Positions 19,384 through 29,574 of a DNA stretch of 64,000 nucleotides are shown in pieces. A program made the translations under genes and the position numbers. The notes under the pieces are model-generated. The model was not told where the DNA came from, did not search any database, and was given only the letters and a program-made list of their open reading frames with translations. Each line of letters starts with the position of its first letter. Within the stretch, counting starts at the first letter, position 1. The stretch comes from Syntrophorhabdaceae bacterium (GTDB lineage Bacteria > Desulfobacterota > Syntrophorhabdia > Syntrophorhabdales > Syntrophorhabdaceae), in assembly GCA_963666485.2 (NCBI GenBank), contig CAXXUO010000008.1, forward strand, positions 32,001-96,000. Direction: 5' to 3'.

Positions 19384-22019
19384 GGCATTATCCCCTTTTG
19401 AAAAAGGTAACTCTCAATGAATTGCACCTCATCCTCCCTCGTCTTGAGGTCAAGGTCTATCTTGGCATCCTTGAGATGGTCAAGAATATCCTTGAACACG
19501 GGCCCCTCCCGGATCCCCATCTTCTTGAGATCATTGCCTGTAGTGACGGGCTTGAACGAATCGTGATGCGTTATATAGTTCGAGATGGCCTTTTTCACCT
19601 CTTCCGAACGGGTCTTGGCCATGATAAAAAGCATCGCCTCACGCGAGAGCGAATCGAGCATCCGGTATACTTCGCTCTTTTTTATCCCGTTTATCCCCTG
19701 GCTGAAGCGTGCCATGATCTTCCGGAGATTCTCCGCGTTTTCCACGGCACGATGCCTGAAACGCTCCGTTATCTCCATTCTCGACGCAAACTCGGCGACG
19801 TCGGTGACGGGCATATTATCGATAAGCGCAAGGATAAAGAACTGCACCTTGTCGACGGGCTTGCCCTGGTAGAGGAATTCATGCCACTGGTAGACTGCGT
19901 GCATCTGGATAAAAAGCCTTTCCTTTTCCTTGTTGAACACGAGGTTCGGCGATATGAACCGCAGGAGGTCGAGCTCCGCAAGTCGTGCAAAGACGGCCTC
20001 GGGCGCGTCCTCCTTCAGGATAAGCGTCAGTTCCGACCAGATGCGTTTCCCCCGTATCTTGGTAAGAAAGCTGAGTTTTACCGCGTTCTTGATCAGGCTC
20101 ATTGTCTGCTTGCCTATCTTGAACCCGAAACGCTTCTCGAACCGTATGGCCCGGAAAACACGCGTCGGGTCCTCCACGAAGCTCAAGGAATGCAGGACCC
20201 GGATCGTTCTCTCCTTGATGTCGCGCTGGGCGCTGAAGAAATCGACCAGTTCCCCGAATGCGTTCTTGTTGAGCGCGATCGCGAGTGTGTTGATCGTGAA
20301 ATCACGACGGTGAAGGTCGAGTTTCAACGACCCGTGCTCGACCGTGGGCAGAGCGGCCGGGGCCCGGTAATATTCCAGGCGCGCCGTTGCGATATCTATC
20401 TTGAATCCGTCCGGGAACATAAGTTTTGCCGTGGAGAACTCCTTGTGCGACCGCATCCTGACATTGAAGCGCTTCACCATCTCCTCGGCAAACATGATCC
20501 CGTCGCCTTCGATGACGACGTCTATGTCGTTATTGTCATTGCGCAGGATAAGGTCGCGGACGAACCCGCCGACGAGATAGGCATGAAAACCCATATCATC
20601 GGCCAGGGTCCCCATATCGACCAGTTTCTCCATCGTCGCGTCATCGAGACGCTCCTCCATGAGCCTGCGTACATTTTTCCGCTGGACATACTTTTCGTGA
20701 AATTCGAGTTTCTCCAGGACGGTCTTCGCTATCTCATCCTCGAGGACGCGCAGGAGATCGGTACGCGTTATGGCCCCTTTCAACTCGCCGTCATCGACCA
20801 CGGGAAGGAACCGCTGGTTGCTCCCGATGATCTTCTCCTTGACCACCTCTATCGAGTCGTCGGGATGGACCGCCTGAAACTCGGTAAACATGTAGTCGTC
20901 GACCGGCTGATTCTCCAGCTTGTGGAACAGGGCCTTTCCGGCAACCTGGCGCGTGATGACCCCCACGACCCGGCCTTTCGAGAGCACCGGCAGGGCATTT
21001 ATGCTGTACTTCGTCAGAACGTTCAATGCTTCCCGTATGGGGCTCAATGATTCCACTGATTTGACGGGAAAGAACATGATGTCCCTCGCCCGCCAGAGGG
21101 GTTTCACGCTGTTGCGCAGGATCTCGATAAGTCGTTCCTTGGTCTCGGGAAGCGTTAAGTCCTTGACTGTCGTCGATGCGGCAACCTTGTGCCCGCCCCC
21201 GCCGAGGAGCGACATGACATACCCCGAGTCGACCTCCGGTATACGGCTGCGCCCGATGATATGAACGCGGTCTTCCATGCGGAAAAGCGCAAAGACGGCA
21301 TTGATGTTCTCCATATCCCGGTACTTGTGCACGATGACCGCGAGGTCTCCCACGTACTGTTCCGTGCTCCCCTCGGTGATGACGATATCGATCCCGTTGA
21401 TGTTGTATACGGTCGCATTCTTGATGATGTCGTTGAGGAGGAAGACCTGCTCCGGGGTGAGCTCGCGCACGAGCATATCGGAGACCAGGTTGATATTGGC
21501 GCCCTGCGACAGGAGCCAGGAGGCCGCCTCGAAGTCCTCCGTCGTGGTCGACGAGAAACGGAAGCTTCCCGTCTCCTCGTATATGCCGAGCATCATGATC
21601 GTTGCTTCCTCGGGCGTGATCGGTATGCCGCGTTCCCGGATAATGCCGATCAGGATCGTTACCGAGGCCCCGACACTGCGTACGATCTGGAACTCAGCCT
21701 TGACATCGCACTCGGAGTCCGGGTGGTGGTCGTACACGTGTATGACGGCCTTGCCATCCTCGGCCACCCTTGCGAGCTCCCCGATCCGTGACTTGTCGCG
21801 GGTGTCGACAAGGATCAGTGTGTCGATCGCGTCGTAGTCCGCCTTCTTGAGCTTGGTAATATCGTACAGGTACAGCGTTGAATGGATAAGAAAATCACGA
21901 AGGGTCTTTTCCTGGGACCCGGGGAAAACAAGCGCAGCGTCCGGGTAGAGCTTCTTTGCGGCAACCATTGAGGAGAGGGAATCGAAATCGGCATTGACGT
22001 GAGATGTAATGACCTTCAT
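19380..22019 (-). CDS. DHH-DHHA1-CBS-CBS tRNA nucleotidyltransferase (CCA/A-adding family)
   Basis: HVNADFD, YDHHP, GGGGH, CBS pair, LVGGFVRD, DIDVV, RRDFTIN, EDPTRVFRAIRF; TGATG overlap with xerD. Confidence 0.9.
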   Translation of the reverse strand: MKVITSHVNADFDSLSSMVAAKKLYPDAALVFPGSQEKTLRDFLIHSTLYLYDITKLKKADYDAIDTLILVDTRDKSRIGELARVAEDGKAVIHVYDHHPDSECDVKAEFQIVRSVGASVTILIGIIRERGIPITPEEATIMMLGIYEETGSFRFSSTTTEDFEAASWLLSQGANINLVSDMLVRELTPEQVFLLNDIIKNATVYNINGIDIVITEGSTEQYVGDLAVIVHKYRDMENINAVFALFRMEDRVHIIGRSRIPEVDSGYVMSLLGGGGHKVAASTTVKDLTLPETKERLIEILRNSVKPLWRARDIMFFPVKSVESLSPIREALNVLTKYSINALPVLSKGRVVGVITRQVAGKALFHKLENQPVDDYMFTEFQAVHPDDSIEVVKEKIIGSNQRFLPVVDDGELKGAITRTDLLRVLEDEIAKTVLEKLEFHEKYVQRKNVRRLMEERLDDATMEKLVDMGTLADDMGFHAYLVGGFVRDLILRNDNNDIDVVIEGDGIMFAEEMVKRFNVRMRSHKEFSTAKLMFPDGFKIDIATARLEYYRAPAALPTVEHGSLKLDLHRRDFTINTLAIALNKNAFGELVDFFSAQRDIKERTIRVLHSLSFVEDPTRVFRAIRFEKRFGFKIGKQTMSLIKNAVKLSFLTKIRGKRIWSELTLILKEDAPEAVFARLAELDLLRFISPNLVFNKEKERLFIQMHAVYQWHEFLYQGKPVDKVQFFILALIDNMPVTDVAEFASRMEITERFRHRAVENAENLRKIMARFSQGINGIKKSEVYRMLDSLSREAMLFIMAKTRSEEVKKAISNYITHHDSFKPVTTGNDLKKMGIREGPVFKDILDHLKDAKIDLDLKTREDEVQFIESYLFQKGIMP

Positions 22020-22882
22020 CAACCCCTCGGATGATGCTTTTTGTGAATTTCTTTTAAACGCTTGCTGTCTACGTGCGTGTAGATCTGGGTTGTCGATATG
22101 TCCTCGTGGCCGAGAAGGACCTGGACCGACCTCAAGTCTGCGCCGCCCTCAAGAAGATGGGTCGCGAAGGTATGCCGTATCGTGTGGGGCGAGACGTGGC
22201 CTTTTTTGAGCTGCAGCCCGTACTTCCGGATGATCTTCCAGATCGCCTGGCGGGTGATCATTGCTCCCTTTCGGTTCGGGAACAGGTAGCGGCCCGGTGG
22301 CTTCTCCGATGCGAGGTATGCCTTTATCGCATCACGTGAATACGATCCCAGGGGAACCACGCGCTCCTTCGAACGTTTTCCCATCGCGATCACGAAACCG
22401 CCGTCAAGGTTGACATCGCTTTTCTTGAGCCCGATCACCTCGGACACCCGAAGGCCCGTGGCGTACATGAGTTCGATGATGGTGCGGTCCCGGACCGCCA
22501 TCTTCTCGCCTTCCGGCAGGCGGATAAGCTCGCCCATCTCGTCTTCGGTCAAAACGCGGGGGATCGGCGGCCTGAATTTCGGTGTATCGACGTCTTCGAG
22601 CGGGCTTGCGGATATCTTTCCGTCAAGAAGGAGATAATTGAACAATCCCCGAAGGGCCGATATGTTCCGTACGATACTCCGGGTCGATTTCCCCTTTTCC
22701 CGCAGGTACGCTATGAATCCCTCCACGTGCCGCCGTTCAGGCTCAGTGCAGGCGACTTCTTCGCAATATTTTATGAATGCCAGGATGTCGCGATTATACG
22801 CTTCGATGGTGTGGGCGGACGCACCCCGCTCAGACACGAGATGGCGGACAAAGCTGTCGAGAAAATGATAGAGACGTTCCAC
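22019..22882 (-). CDS. xerD: Site-specific tyrosine recombinase XerD
   Basis: YATGLRVSE, GKRSKERVVP, SPHTIRHTFATHLLEGGADLRSVQVLLGHEDISTTQIYTHV; likely GTG start 22882. Confidence 0.9.
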   Translation of the reverse strand: MERLYHFLDSFVRHLVSERGASAHTIEAYNRDILAFIKYCEEVACTEPERRHVEGFIAYLREKGKSTRSIVRNISALRGLFNYLLLDGKISASPLEDVDTPKFRPPIPRVLTEDEMGELIRLPEGEKMAVRDRTIIELMYATGLRVSEVIGLKKSDVNLDGGFVIAMGKRSKERVVPLGSYSRDAIKAYLASEKPPGRYLFPNRKGAMITRQAIWKIIRKYGLQLKKGHVSPHTIRHTFATHLLEGGADLRSVQVLLGHEDISTTQIYTHVDSKRLKEIHKKHHPRG

Positions 22883-22898
22883 CTGAGTTCCATCCCCC

Positions 22899-23339
22899 CT
22901 ATATCCCCGTTGAACCGAAGCCTCCCTCACCGCGGGTCGTGTCCGCCAGGTCCGGTACATGCCGGAAATCGACCCGGGCAAGCCTCTTGAAAACCATCTG
23001 GGCGATGCGGTCGCCCTTATTGATCGTAAACGCTTCGCTGCCGAGGTTGATGAGTATCACCTTGACCTCGCCCCTGTAATCGGAATCGATCGTCCCCGGC
23101 GTGTTGAGGACCGTCACCCCGTGCTTTACCGCTATGCCGCTGCGGGGCCTGACCTCCGCCTCGTACCCTTCCGGTATCCCGATAAAAAGGCCGGTCGGGA
23201 CAAGCGCCCTCTGAAGGGGTTGAAGGACGAGGGGTTCATCGACGAGTGCGCACAGGTCGACGCCCGACGCATGGTCCGTTGCATACACGGGTATCTTCGC
23301 CCCGTCACGGGTTTTGATAGAAACGTCTATTCTTTCCAT
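22899..23339 (-). CDS. dut: dUTP diphosphatase
   Basis: RPRSG, NTPGTIDSDYRGE, GDRIAQ, RGEGGFGSTG. Confidence 0.96.
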   Translation of the reverse strand: MERIDVSIKTRDGAKIPVYATDHASGVDLCALVDEPLVLQPLQRALVPTGLFIGIPEGYEAEVRPRSGIAVKHGVTVLNTPGTIDSDYRGEVKVILINLGSEAFTINKGDRIAQMVFKRLARVDFRHVPDLADTTRGEGGFGSTGI

Positions 23340-24586
23340 ATGGTTTCGATCTTCGTCCGGTCGACATTGCCGAGTATCGTCAGCGAGATCTCGTTCGGGT
23401 CATTGAATATCTCCCGCGCAATGGTTGCCACGTCCGATCTCTTGATGCTGTCGATCTCGTGCAGCGTCTCCTTGAGGGGGATATAGCTTCCGAAATATAT
23501 CTCGTTCTTCGCGAGCCGGCCCATCCGTGTTTCCGATCCCTCGAGCGCGATGAAGAGGTTCCCTTTTATGTGTTCCTTGGAGAAGGAAAGCTCGGCATCC
23601 GTGATACCGTCATTGCGCACGCGAACGATCTCTTCCCTGATGAGGCCGAGCACCTCGTTCAGGGATTCCTGCGACGTCGACGTCGAGATCCCGAATGTGC
23701 CGCAATCGTGGTAGCAATTCACGTACGAATATATGTTGTACACAAGGCCGCGCTTCTCCCTGATCTCCTGGAAGAGGTGCGAGCTCATGGAGCCCCCCAT
23801 GACCGCGTTGAGCACATACAGTATGTACCTGCGCCGGTCCACCTGGCTGACACCATCCGTGCCTATGCACATGTAGATATGCTCGAGGTCTTTTTCGTAG
23901 ATGTCGATACCGATCGTCGGCTCCGGGGCAAGGAGTTTCCTCCTGTGCGAGCTGCCGTTCGAGATCCCTGAAAAATAGCGGGTTATATTCTCGACACACG
24001 CCTCGTGATTGACCCTGCCGCTGATGGTGATGATGGTGTTCTCCGCCCCATAGTGCTCTTTGAAATAATCCCGTATCGCGCCCGTCTCGAGCGACCCGAC
24101 GGTCTTGTCCGTGCCGAGTATCGGCATCCCGAGCGCGTGCCCCTTGTAGTACGAGGCGTTGAACATATCGTAGATATATTCCTCGGGGCTGTCCTCCACC
24201 ATTTTTATTTCCTGGTTTATGACGTAGCGCTCTTTCTCGATGTCGTCCTCGCTGAAGAGCGACTTGAGATGCATGTCCGACATGATGTCGAGTGCGATGT
24301 CGAGATCTTTGCGGAGGACGCGCACGTAAAGACAGGTGTACTCCCTGCCCGTAAAGGCGTTGATAGAACCGCCTATGGCATCGATCTCGCGCGCGATGTC
24401 ATAGGCTGTACGCCCCTGCGTACCTTTGAAAAGCATGTGTTCGATAAAATGGCAGATACCGTTGTTTGCGGGGCCTTCGTACCGGCTGCCCGCCTTCCAC
24501 CAGATGCCGATGGACACGGTGGAATAATACGATATGGATTCTGTGACGACTGTTATACCATTATCGAGGACAGTCTTCTTATACAT
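23327..24586 (-). CDS. M16 family zinc peptidase
   Basis: HFIEH (HxxEH), NAFTGREYT, EIREKRGLVY; pnp-M16-dut order. Confidence 0.92.
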   Translation of the reverse strand: MYKKTVLDNGITVVTESISYYSTVSIGIWWKAGSRYEGPANNGICHFIEHMLFKGTQGRTAYDIAREIDAIGGSINAFTGREYTCLYVRVLRKDLDIALDIMSDMHLKSLFSEDDIEKERYVINQEIKMVEDSPEEYIYDMFNASYYKGHALGMPILGTDKTVGSLETGAIRDYFKEHYGAENTIITISGRVNHEACVENITRYFSGISNGSSHRRKLLAPEPTIGIDIYEKDLEHIYMCIGTDGVSQVDRRRYILYVLNAVMGGSMSSHLFQEIREKRGLVYNIYSYVNCYHDCGTFGISTSTSQESLNEVLGLIREEIVRVRNDGITDAELSFSKEHIKGNLFIALEGSETRMGRLAKNEIYFGSYIPLKETLHEIDSIKRSDVATIAREIFNDPNEISLTILGNVDRTKIETIWKE

Positions 24587-24590
24587 CTAA

Positions 24591-26669
24591 TTATCGCTGG
24601 CCTTCCCTGAGGACAGCCTTGCGTGACAGTTTGACCCTGCCGTTATCTTCGACACCGATAACCTTGACCCTGATGTCATCGCCTTCCTTTACAACATCGG
24701 AAGCCTTTTTCACGAACTTGTCGTCAAGCTGGCTTACATGGCAGAAACCGTCGAGGTTCGGGCCGAGCTCGATGATCGCGCCCGCGTCGAGAACACGCCG
24801 CACCTTGCCGTCGTAGATAGCCCCGACCTCGACCTCTTTTATGATGGATTTGACTATCTCGATAGCAGCGTTTGCGGATTCCTCGTCAACTGAAACGATG
24901 TTGACCATCCCGGAATCATCGATATCGATCTTCACGCCCGTTCTCTCGATAATGCTCCTGATGACCTTTCCGCCCGGGCCGATGACTTCCCGGATCTTGT
25001 CGGGTTTTATCATCATCGTGTATATCCTCGGGGCGTAGGGCGAAAGGGTTTCGCGGGGCTTTTCGATCGTAGACGTCATGATATCGAGGATATGCCCGAC
25101 ACCCTGCTGGCCCTGGACGACAGCCTTCGACATCGTATCTTTCGAGATGCCCTTGATCTTGATATCCATCTGGATGGCCGTTATGCCTTCGCGGGTGCCG
25201 GCTATCTTGAAATCCATATCGCCGAGGTGGTCCTCATCGCCTAAGATATCGCTCAGGATGATCTCCCGGTCGCCTTCTTTCACGAGCCCCATGGCTATAC
25301 CGGCAACCGGCTCTTTGATCGGGACCCCGGCATCCATGAGGGAGAGACAGCCGCCGCATACCGTCGCCATCGAAGATGAGCCATTGGACTCGAGGATCTC
25401 GGACACGATCCGTATCGTGTAGGGGAACGCCTCTCTTTCGGGAAGGATGGGGGTCAATGCGCGTTCTGCCAGGTTGCCATGTCCTATCTCGCGCCGTGTC
25501 GGCCCGCGCAGCATCGATGCTTCACCCACCGAGAAGGGTGTAAAATTATAATGGAGGAGGAAGGTCTTATACGTTTCCCCTTCGTGGAGCGACTCTATCT
25601 TCTGCTCGTCATCGGATGTCCCGAAGGTGGTTATGGCCAGCGACTGTGTTTCGCCCCGTGTAAAAACGGCGGAACCGTGCGTGCGGGGAAGCACCCCGAC
25701 AAGGCATGAAATGGGCCGTATCTGATCGCTCGCCCGGCCGTCAATTCGTTTTCCTGTAGACAAAAGCTGCTCACGCATGAGGTTGCTCGTCACGTCCTCA
25801 TATGCCTTGGCAATGGACGGCGCCTCTTCTTCAGGATATTTCTCGAGCAATTCCTTTAATATCCGGTCTTGCTTTGCGTACCGTTCGAGCTTGGCTTTTA
25901 CTGCGAAGCTGTCGGTCAGGTCTTTTTCAACATGACCTCTGACCTCTTTCTTCTTTTCTTCGAGGTCTTCCTGGACCGGCACCTGCCGCTTGCCTTTTCC
26001 AATTTTTGCGCACAACTGCTCCTGCATCTCGATAAGCGGCATCATTGCCTGATGGCCGAACTCGATCGCCTCTATGAGGTCCATGCCTTTGACGAAGTGT
26101 GCTTCGCCTTCAACCATGATGATCGCGTCACGTGTTCCGGTGACGACGATGTCGATATCGCTGTCGGCCATTTGGGGAAAGGTCGGGTTTGCCACCAGCA
26201 CCCCGTTTATTCTGCCCACCTTGACGCCGGCGAACGGCCCTTCAAAAGGAATATCGGACACGGATACCGCGCACGATGCCCCGACAAGGCTCAGGATGCC
26301 CGGATCGTTGTCCTCGTCCGCTGAAAGTACAGTTGCAATAACCTGGGTCTCAAACCGCCAGCCCTTGGGAAACAGGGGGCGCAATGGTCTATCGATCAAA
26401 CGCGATGTCAGAATCTCCCGTGTCGTCGGCCGTCCTTCCCGTTTAAAAAAACCTCCCGGGAATTTGCCCGCGGCATATGACATTTCCTGGTAGTTGACCG
26501 TCAAAGGCAAAAAATCCTTGTCCTTCGGGTTCTTTTCGGAAACAACCGTGACAAGCACCACGGTGTCGCCATAACGGGCAATGACACTCCCGTCGGCCTG
26601 TTTGGCGAGGCCCCCTGTCGTTAAACTTAACGGACGACCCGCGAATTCGATAGATATCTTCTCTTCCAT
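24591..26669 (-). CDS. pnp: Polyribonucleotide nucleotidyltransferase
   Basis: SRLIDRPLRP, RTHGSAVFTRGETQ, ESNGSSSMA, EDHLGDMDFK, KH and S1 domains. Confidence 0.98.
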   Translation of the reverse strand: MEEKISIEFAGRPLSLTTGGLAKQADGSVIARYGDTVVLVTVVSEKNPKDKDFLPLTVNYQEMSYAAGKFPGGFFKREGRPTTREILTSRLIDRPLRPLFPKGWRFETQVIATVLSADEDNDPGILSLVGASCAVSVSDIPFEGPFAGVKVGRINGVLVANPTFPQMADSDIDIVVTGTRDAIIMVEGEAHFVKGMDLIEAIEFGHQAMMPLIEMQEQLCAKIGKGKRQVPVQEDLEEKKKEVRGHVEKDLTDSFAVKAKLERYAKQDRILKELLEKYPEEEAPSIAKAYEDVTSNLMREQLLSTGKRIDGRASDQIRPISCLVGVLPRTHGSAVFTRGETQSLAITTFGTSDDEQKIESLHEGETYKTFLLHYNFTPFSVGEASMLRGPTRREIGHGNLAERALTPILPEREAFPYTIRIVSEILESNGSSSMATVCGGCLSLMDAGVPIKEPVAGIAMGLVKEGDREIILSDILGDEDHLGDMDFKIAGTREGITAIQMDIKIKGISKDTMSKAVVQGQQGVGHILDIMTSTIEKPRETLSPYAPRIYTMMIKPDKIREVIGPGGKVIRSIIERTGVKIDIDDSGMVNIVSVDEESANAAIEIVKSIIKEVEVGAIYDGKVRRVLDAGAIIELGPNLDGFCHVSQLDDKFVKKASDVVKEGDDIRVKVIGVEDNGRVKLSRKAVLREGQR

Positions 26670-26687
26670 ATTCTTCCTATTAATCCT

Positions 26688-26957
26688 TTATTTTCTGAGA
26701 CCGAGCTTTTCTACCACTTTCTTGTACCTGTCGACGTTCTTGTCCTTCAGGTAATTGAGCAGTCTTCTCCTGCTTCCCACGAGGACGAGAAGGCCGCGCC
26801 GCGAGTTGTGGTCTTTCGAAAATCTTTTGAAATGTTCGGTCAGGGATTTGATCCTTTCCGTGAGAAGTGCGATCTGCACTTCCGGGGAACCGGTGTCACT
26901 CTCGTGGGTTTTGAAATCCTCGATGATTGACTTTTTCCGCTGGGTGTCGAGTGGCAT
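26688..26957 (-). CDS. rpsO: 30S ribosomal protein S15
   Basis: [22 protein letters not shown]. Confidence 0.98.
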   Translation of the reverse strand: MPLDTQRKKSIIEDFKTHESDTGSPEVQIALLTERIKSLTEHFKRFSKDHNSRRGLLVLVGSRRRLLNYLKDKNVDRYKKVVEKLGLRK

Positions 26958-26973
26958 GATGTATATTCCTCCT

Positions 26974-27873
26974 TTAATGATTGATCAATCTTTTTATCTT
27001 AATTGTCTTTGAAGCAAGGTCAGCGACACCCACACCAATAAGCATGCCCTGCTTATTGAAAAGGCGCGCATCTTCCCCGTGCTTCCAGTCCTTGGAATTT
27101 CCTGCGATTGGTACGGGCATCCCGTGTTTCAGAAACTTCTCGAGTGCTGTATCCACCACCATCCCCCGCACAGAACCCAGGATGTTTTCCAATGGTAATA
27201 GATAGTTTAACAGGTCTTGCTCCATTTTGAAATAATCAATATCAGTTCCCATGTTTTCCGTAAAATCACCGTGCTTGGTCCGCTTGAGGGTATAGAGGGT
27301 CGCCCCGCAGCCAAGCTTCTCTCCCAGGTCGCTTGCAAGGGCCCGTATATACGTTCCCTTCGAGCATGTGACCTCAACGTCCAGGTACGGATGCGTGTAG
27401 TCGAGAAGGGTAATGTCGAAGATCTCCACCTCTTTTACCGGCGACTCGACGGGCACGCCGCTGCGCGCCCACTTGTAGAGAGGTTTCCTGTTGACCTTTT
27501 TCGATGAATACGCCGGTATTTTTTGCGTTATCCTGCCGAGGTACGATGCAAGGGAGTCTTCGATCACCTGCCGGTCAAAAGGGTCCGTCGGGGTCTCCGT
27601 CACGACCTTCCCCTCGATGTCCTGTGTTTCGGTGGTCACGCCGAGAAGGAATTTTGCCCGGTACTGCTTCTCGACGTTCTCGAGGTACGGGATGAGCTTG
27701 ACGCCTTCGTCGAGGGCAACCGGCAATATTCCGGTCGCGTTCCGGTCAAGGGTCCCGATGTACCCTATTTTCTTGAACTTATGGATCCTCTTCAGGCGTC
27801 TGATGACGTCATAGGACGACATCCCGGTTTTTTTATCTATTATCAAAAATCCATTCATGGTGCTGATATCCAT
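26974..27873 (-). CDS. truB: tRNA pseudouridine(55) synthase
   Basis: [20 protein letters not shown]; start may be ATG 27858. Confidence 0.92.
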   Translation of the reverse strand: MDISTMNGFLIIDKKTGMSSYDVIRRLKRIHKFKKIGYIGTLDRNATGILPVALDEGVKLIPYLENVEKQYRAKFLLGVTTETQDIEGKVVTETPTDPFDRQVIEDSLASYLGRITQKIPAYSSKKVNRKPLYKWARSGVPVESPVKEVEIFDITLLDYTHPYLDVEVTCSKGTYIRALASDLGEKLGCGATLYTLKRTKHGDFTENMGTDIDYFKMEQDLLNYLLPLENILGSVRGMVVDTALEKFLKHGMPVPIAGNSKDWKHGEDARLFNKQGMLIGVGVADLASKTIKIKRLINH

Positions 27874-27893
27874 TTCCTCCGATTCCCCGTGAT

Positions 27894-28844
27894 CTATTGC
27901 CCAACGGGCAACGCATCGAGCAGTTTCCTGCGGGCCTCTTCAAGGGTCCCCTCGATCCGGCACCCTGCTGCATTGCGGTGCCCGCCGCCGCCAAACCTGT
28001 TGCAGACCGCGGCGACGTCCACGATGCCTTTTCCCCGCATGCTGATCTTATACTGGTCCTTCTTGAGTTCGCGCATGAGCACCGCCACCTCGATCCCGCG
28101 GATCTCCTTGATAATTTCAACGAAACCATCCACAAACTCGCTGCTGGTCCCGGTCTTTTCGAACATATCGCCCGTCACATGGACCATCGCCACGGTCCCG
28201 TTGTAGGTCGCAAGGGTGCACAGGACCTCTCCTAAGAGGAGGAACCGCTCCTTGGGATGGTTCTCGTACACCATCATCGCGATCCGGGACGGGTTCGTCC
28301 CTGCCTTCACCATCGCCTCGCATGTCCTGTACGCGCTCAACGACGTGTTTTCGTACCTGAGGGAACCCGTGTCCGTGAACACGGCTGTATATATGTTGTC
28401 CGCGATGTTCTGATCGACTTCCACCCCGAGGTACTTGAGCAGGCGGTATATGATCTCGCCGGTCGACGAGGCCGTGTTGTCCACGTAATTCACTGTACCG
28501 AACTGATCGTTCGTATCATGGTGGTCGATATTGACGAGCGGGGCCTTGAGGGCGATAGCGTCGTGCGCCTTGCCGATCCGGAAAAGGCTTCCGCAGTCGA
28601 GGACGAAGATCGCATCGAACGCGCCGTGCGGCACCGTATGCGTGATCCGGGGAGCGGGAAGGAACTCGTACCGGTACGGCACCTGGTCGTTGAAATAAAC
28701 GGTCGCTTTTTTTCCGAGCGCCTTCAGCGCAAAAGCGAAGGCAAAGGCCGAGCCGATCGCATCCCCGTCGGGATCGATATGGGTGGTCACGAGAAAATCC
28801 TGACCTTCCATGATCAGTTGTTTAATCTTTCTTTTCATCGGCAT
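27894..28844 (-). CDS. nrnA: Oligoribonuclease/pAp phosphatase NrnA (DHH family)
   Basis: HIDPDGDAIGS, NIDHH, TDTGS, GGGGHRNAAG. Confidence 0.9.
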   Translation of the reverse strand: MPMKRKIKQLIMEGQDFLVTTHIDPDGDAIGSAFAFAFALKALGKKATVYFNDQVPYRYEFLPAPRITHTVPHGAFDAIFVLDCGSLFRIGKAHDAIALKAPLVNIDHHDTNDQFGTVNYVDNTASSTGEIIYRLLKYLGVEVDQNIADNIYTAVFTDTGSLRYENTSLSAYRTCEAMVKAGTNPSRIAMMVYENHPKERFLLLGEVLCTLATYNGTVAMVHVTGDMFEKTGTSSEFVDGFVEIIKEIRGIEVAVLMRELKKDQYKISMRGKGIVDVAAVCNRFGGGGHRNAAGCRIEGTLEEARRKLLDALPVGQ

Positions 28845-29172
28845 CTTTCTTAAAGATCTCTTCTATCCTTTGCACCCTCTCCATCGTGTCATCGAGGAGA
28901 AAAGTCAGCTCCGGTATGTACCTCAGCGTGACCCTCTTGCCGAGCAGGAACTTTATATAACCCTTCGAGCGCCCGAGCGCCTCGAGGGTGTCCTTCTGCG
29001 CTTCATCATCCCCGTATATCGAGACGTACACCTTGCCCGTTTTCAGGTCCTCGCTCATCTTCACTTCGACAACCGTTACAAAGCCAAGCCCGGGGTCCTG
29101 CAGTTCGCGCTGTATAATAAGCGATATCTCTTCCCTGAGCAGGTCCTGGACGCGCAGGCGGCGATATTTCAT
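28822..29172 (-). CDS. rbfA: Ribosome-binding factor A
   Basis: LQDPGLGFVTV, LRYIPELTFLLD. Confidence 0.95.
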   Translation of the reverse strand: MKYRRLRVQDLLREEISLIIQRELQDPGLGFVTVVEVKMSEDLKTGKVYVSIYGDDEAQKDTLEALGRSKGYIKFLLGKRVTLRYIPELTFLLDDTMERVQRIEEIFKKDADEKKD

Positions 29173-29468
29173 ATCTCGTCCCCGATAACGATGATCTCGC
29201 TCGACGTATCGATGATCTCACCGAGGTAGAGCGATTCCATATATTCATGCACGTTCTCGATAACCTTGCTCACGTGGTCCTGCCTGACGCCTGCCACCGC
29301 GAAGCCGATCCGGGCGCGCTGCCACAGGTTTGACTGATCGACCTCGATCATGGAAATATTAAACTTCGCCCGGGTCTTTTCAATGACTTTCCTCAGCATC
29401 TGCCGTTTGTCTTTGAGAGAATGATTCTCAGGAAAGAAAATATCGACGCGGGATATGCCAACAACCAT
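29169..29468 (-). CDS. DUF503 (YlxP-like) protein
   Basis: HSLKDKR, FNISMIEV, LWQRARIG; position between infB and rbfA. Confidence 0.88.
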   Translation of the reverse strand: MVVGISRVDIFFPENHSLKDKRQMLRKVIEKTRAKFNISMIEVDQSNLWQRARIGFAVAGVRQDHVSKVIENVHEYMESLYLGEIIDTSSEIIVIGDEI

Positions 29469-29488
29469 AAAGGCCGACCATCATGTGT

Positions 29489-29566
29489 CCGTAAGGCGTA
29501 AAGCGTAAGGCGCAAGGCGTATGATGCTTTCCAAACTCCCTACGCCTGACGCCTGACGCCTTACGG
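29489..29566. repeat. Inverted heptamer arrays (CGTAAGG)~4 / (CCTKACG)~3
   Basis: CCGTAAGGCGTAAAGCGTAAGGCGCAAGGCGT ... TACGCCTGACGCCTGACGCCTTACGG. Confidence 0.8.
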
Positions 29567-29574
29567 TCTTTTTA

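Noticed and set aside
22019..22981. Tyrosine recombinase as a prophage or island integrase; longer 320-aa ORF call
   Set aside because: XerD-type motifs in a housekeeping operon with no att sites or cargo; the extension overlaps dut.
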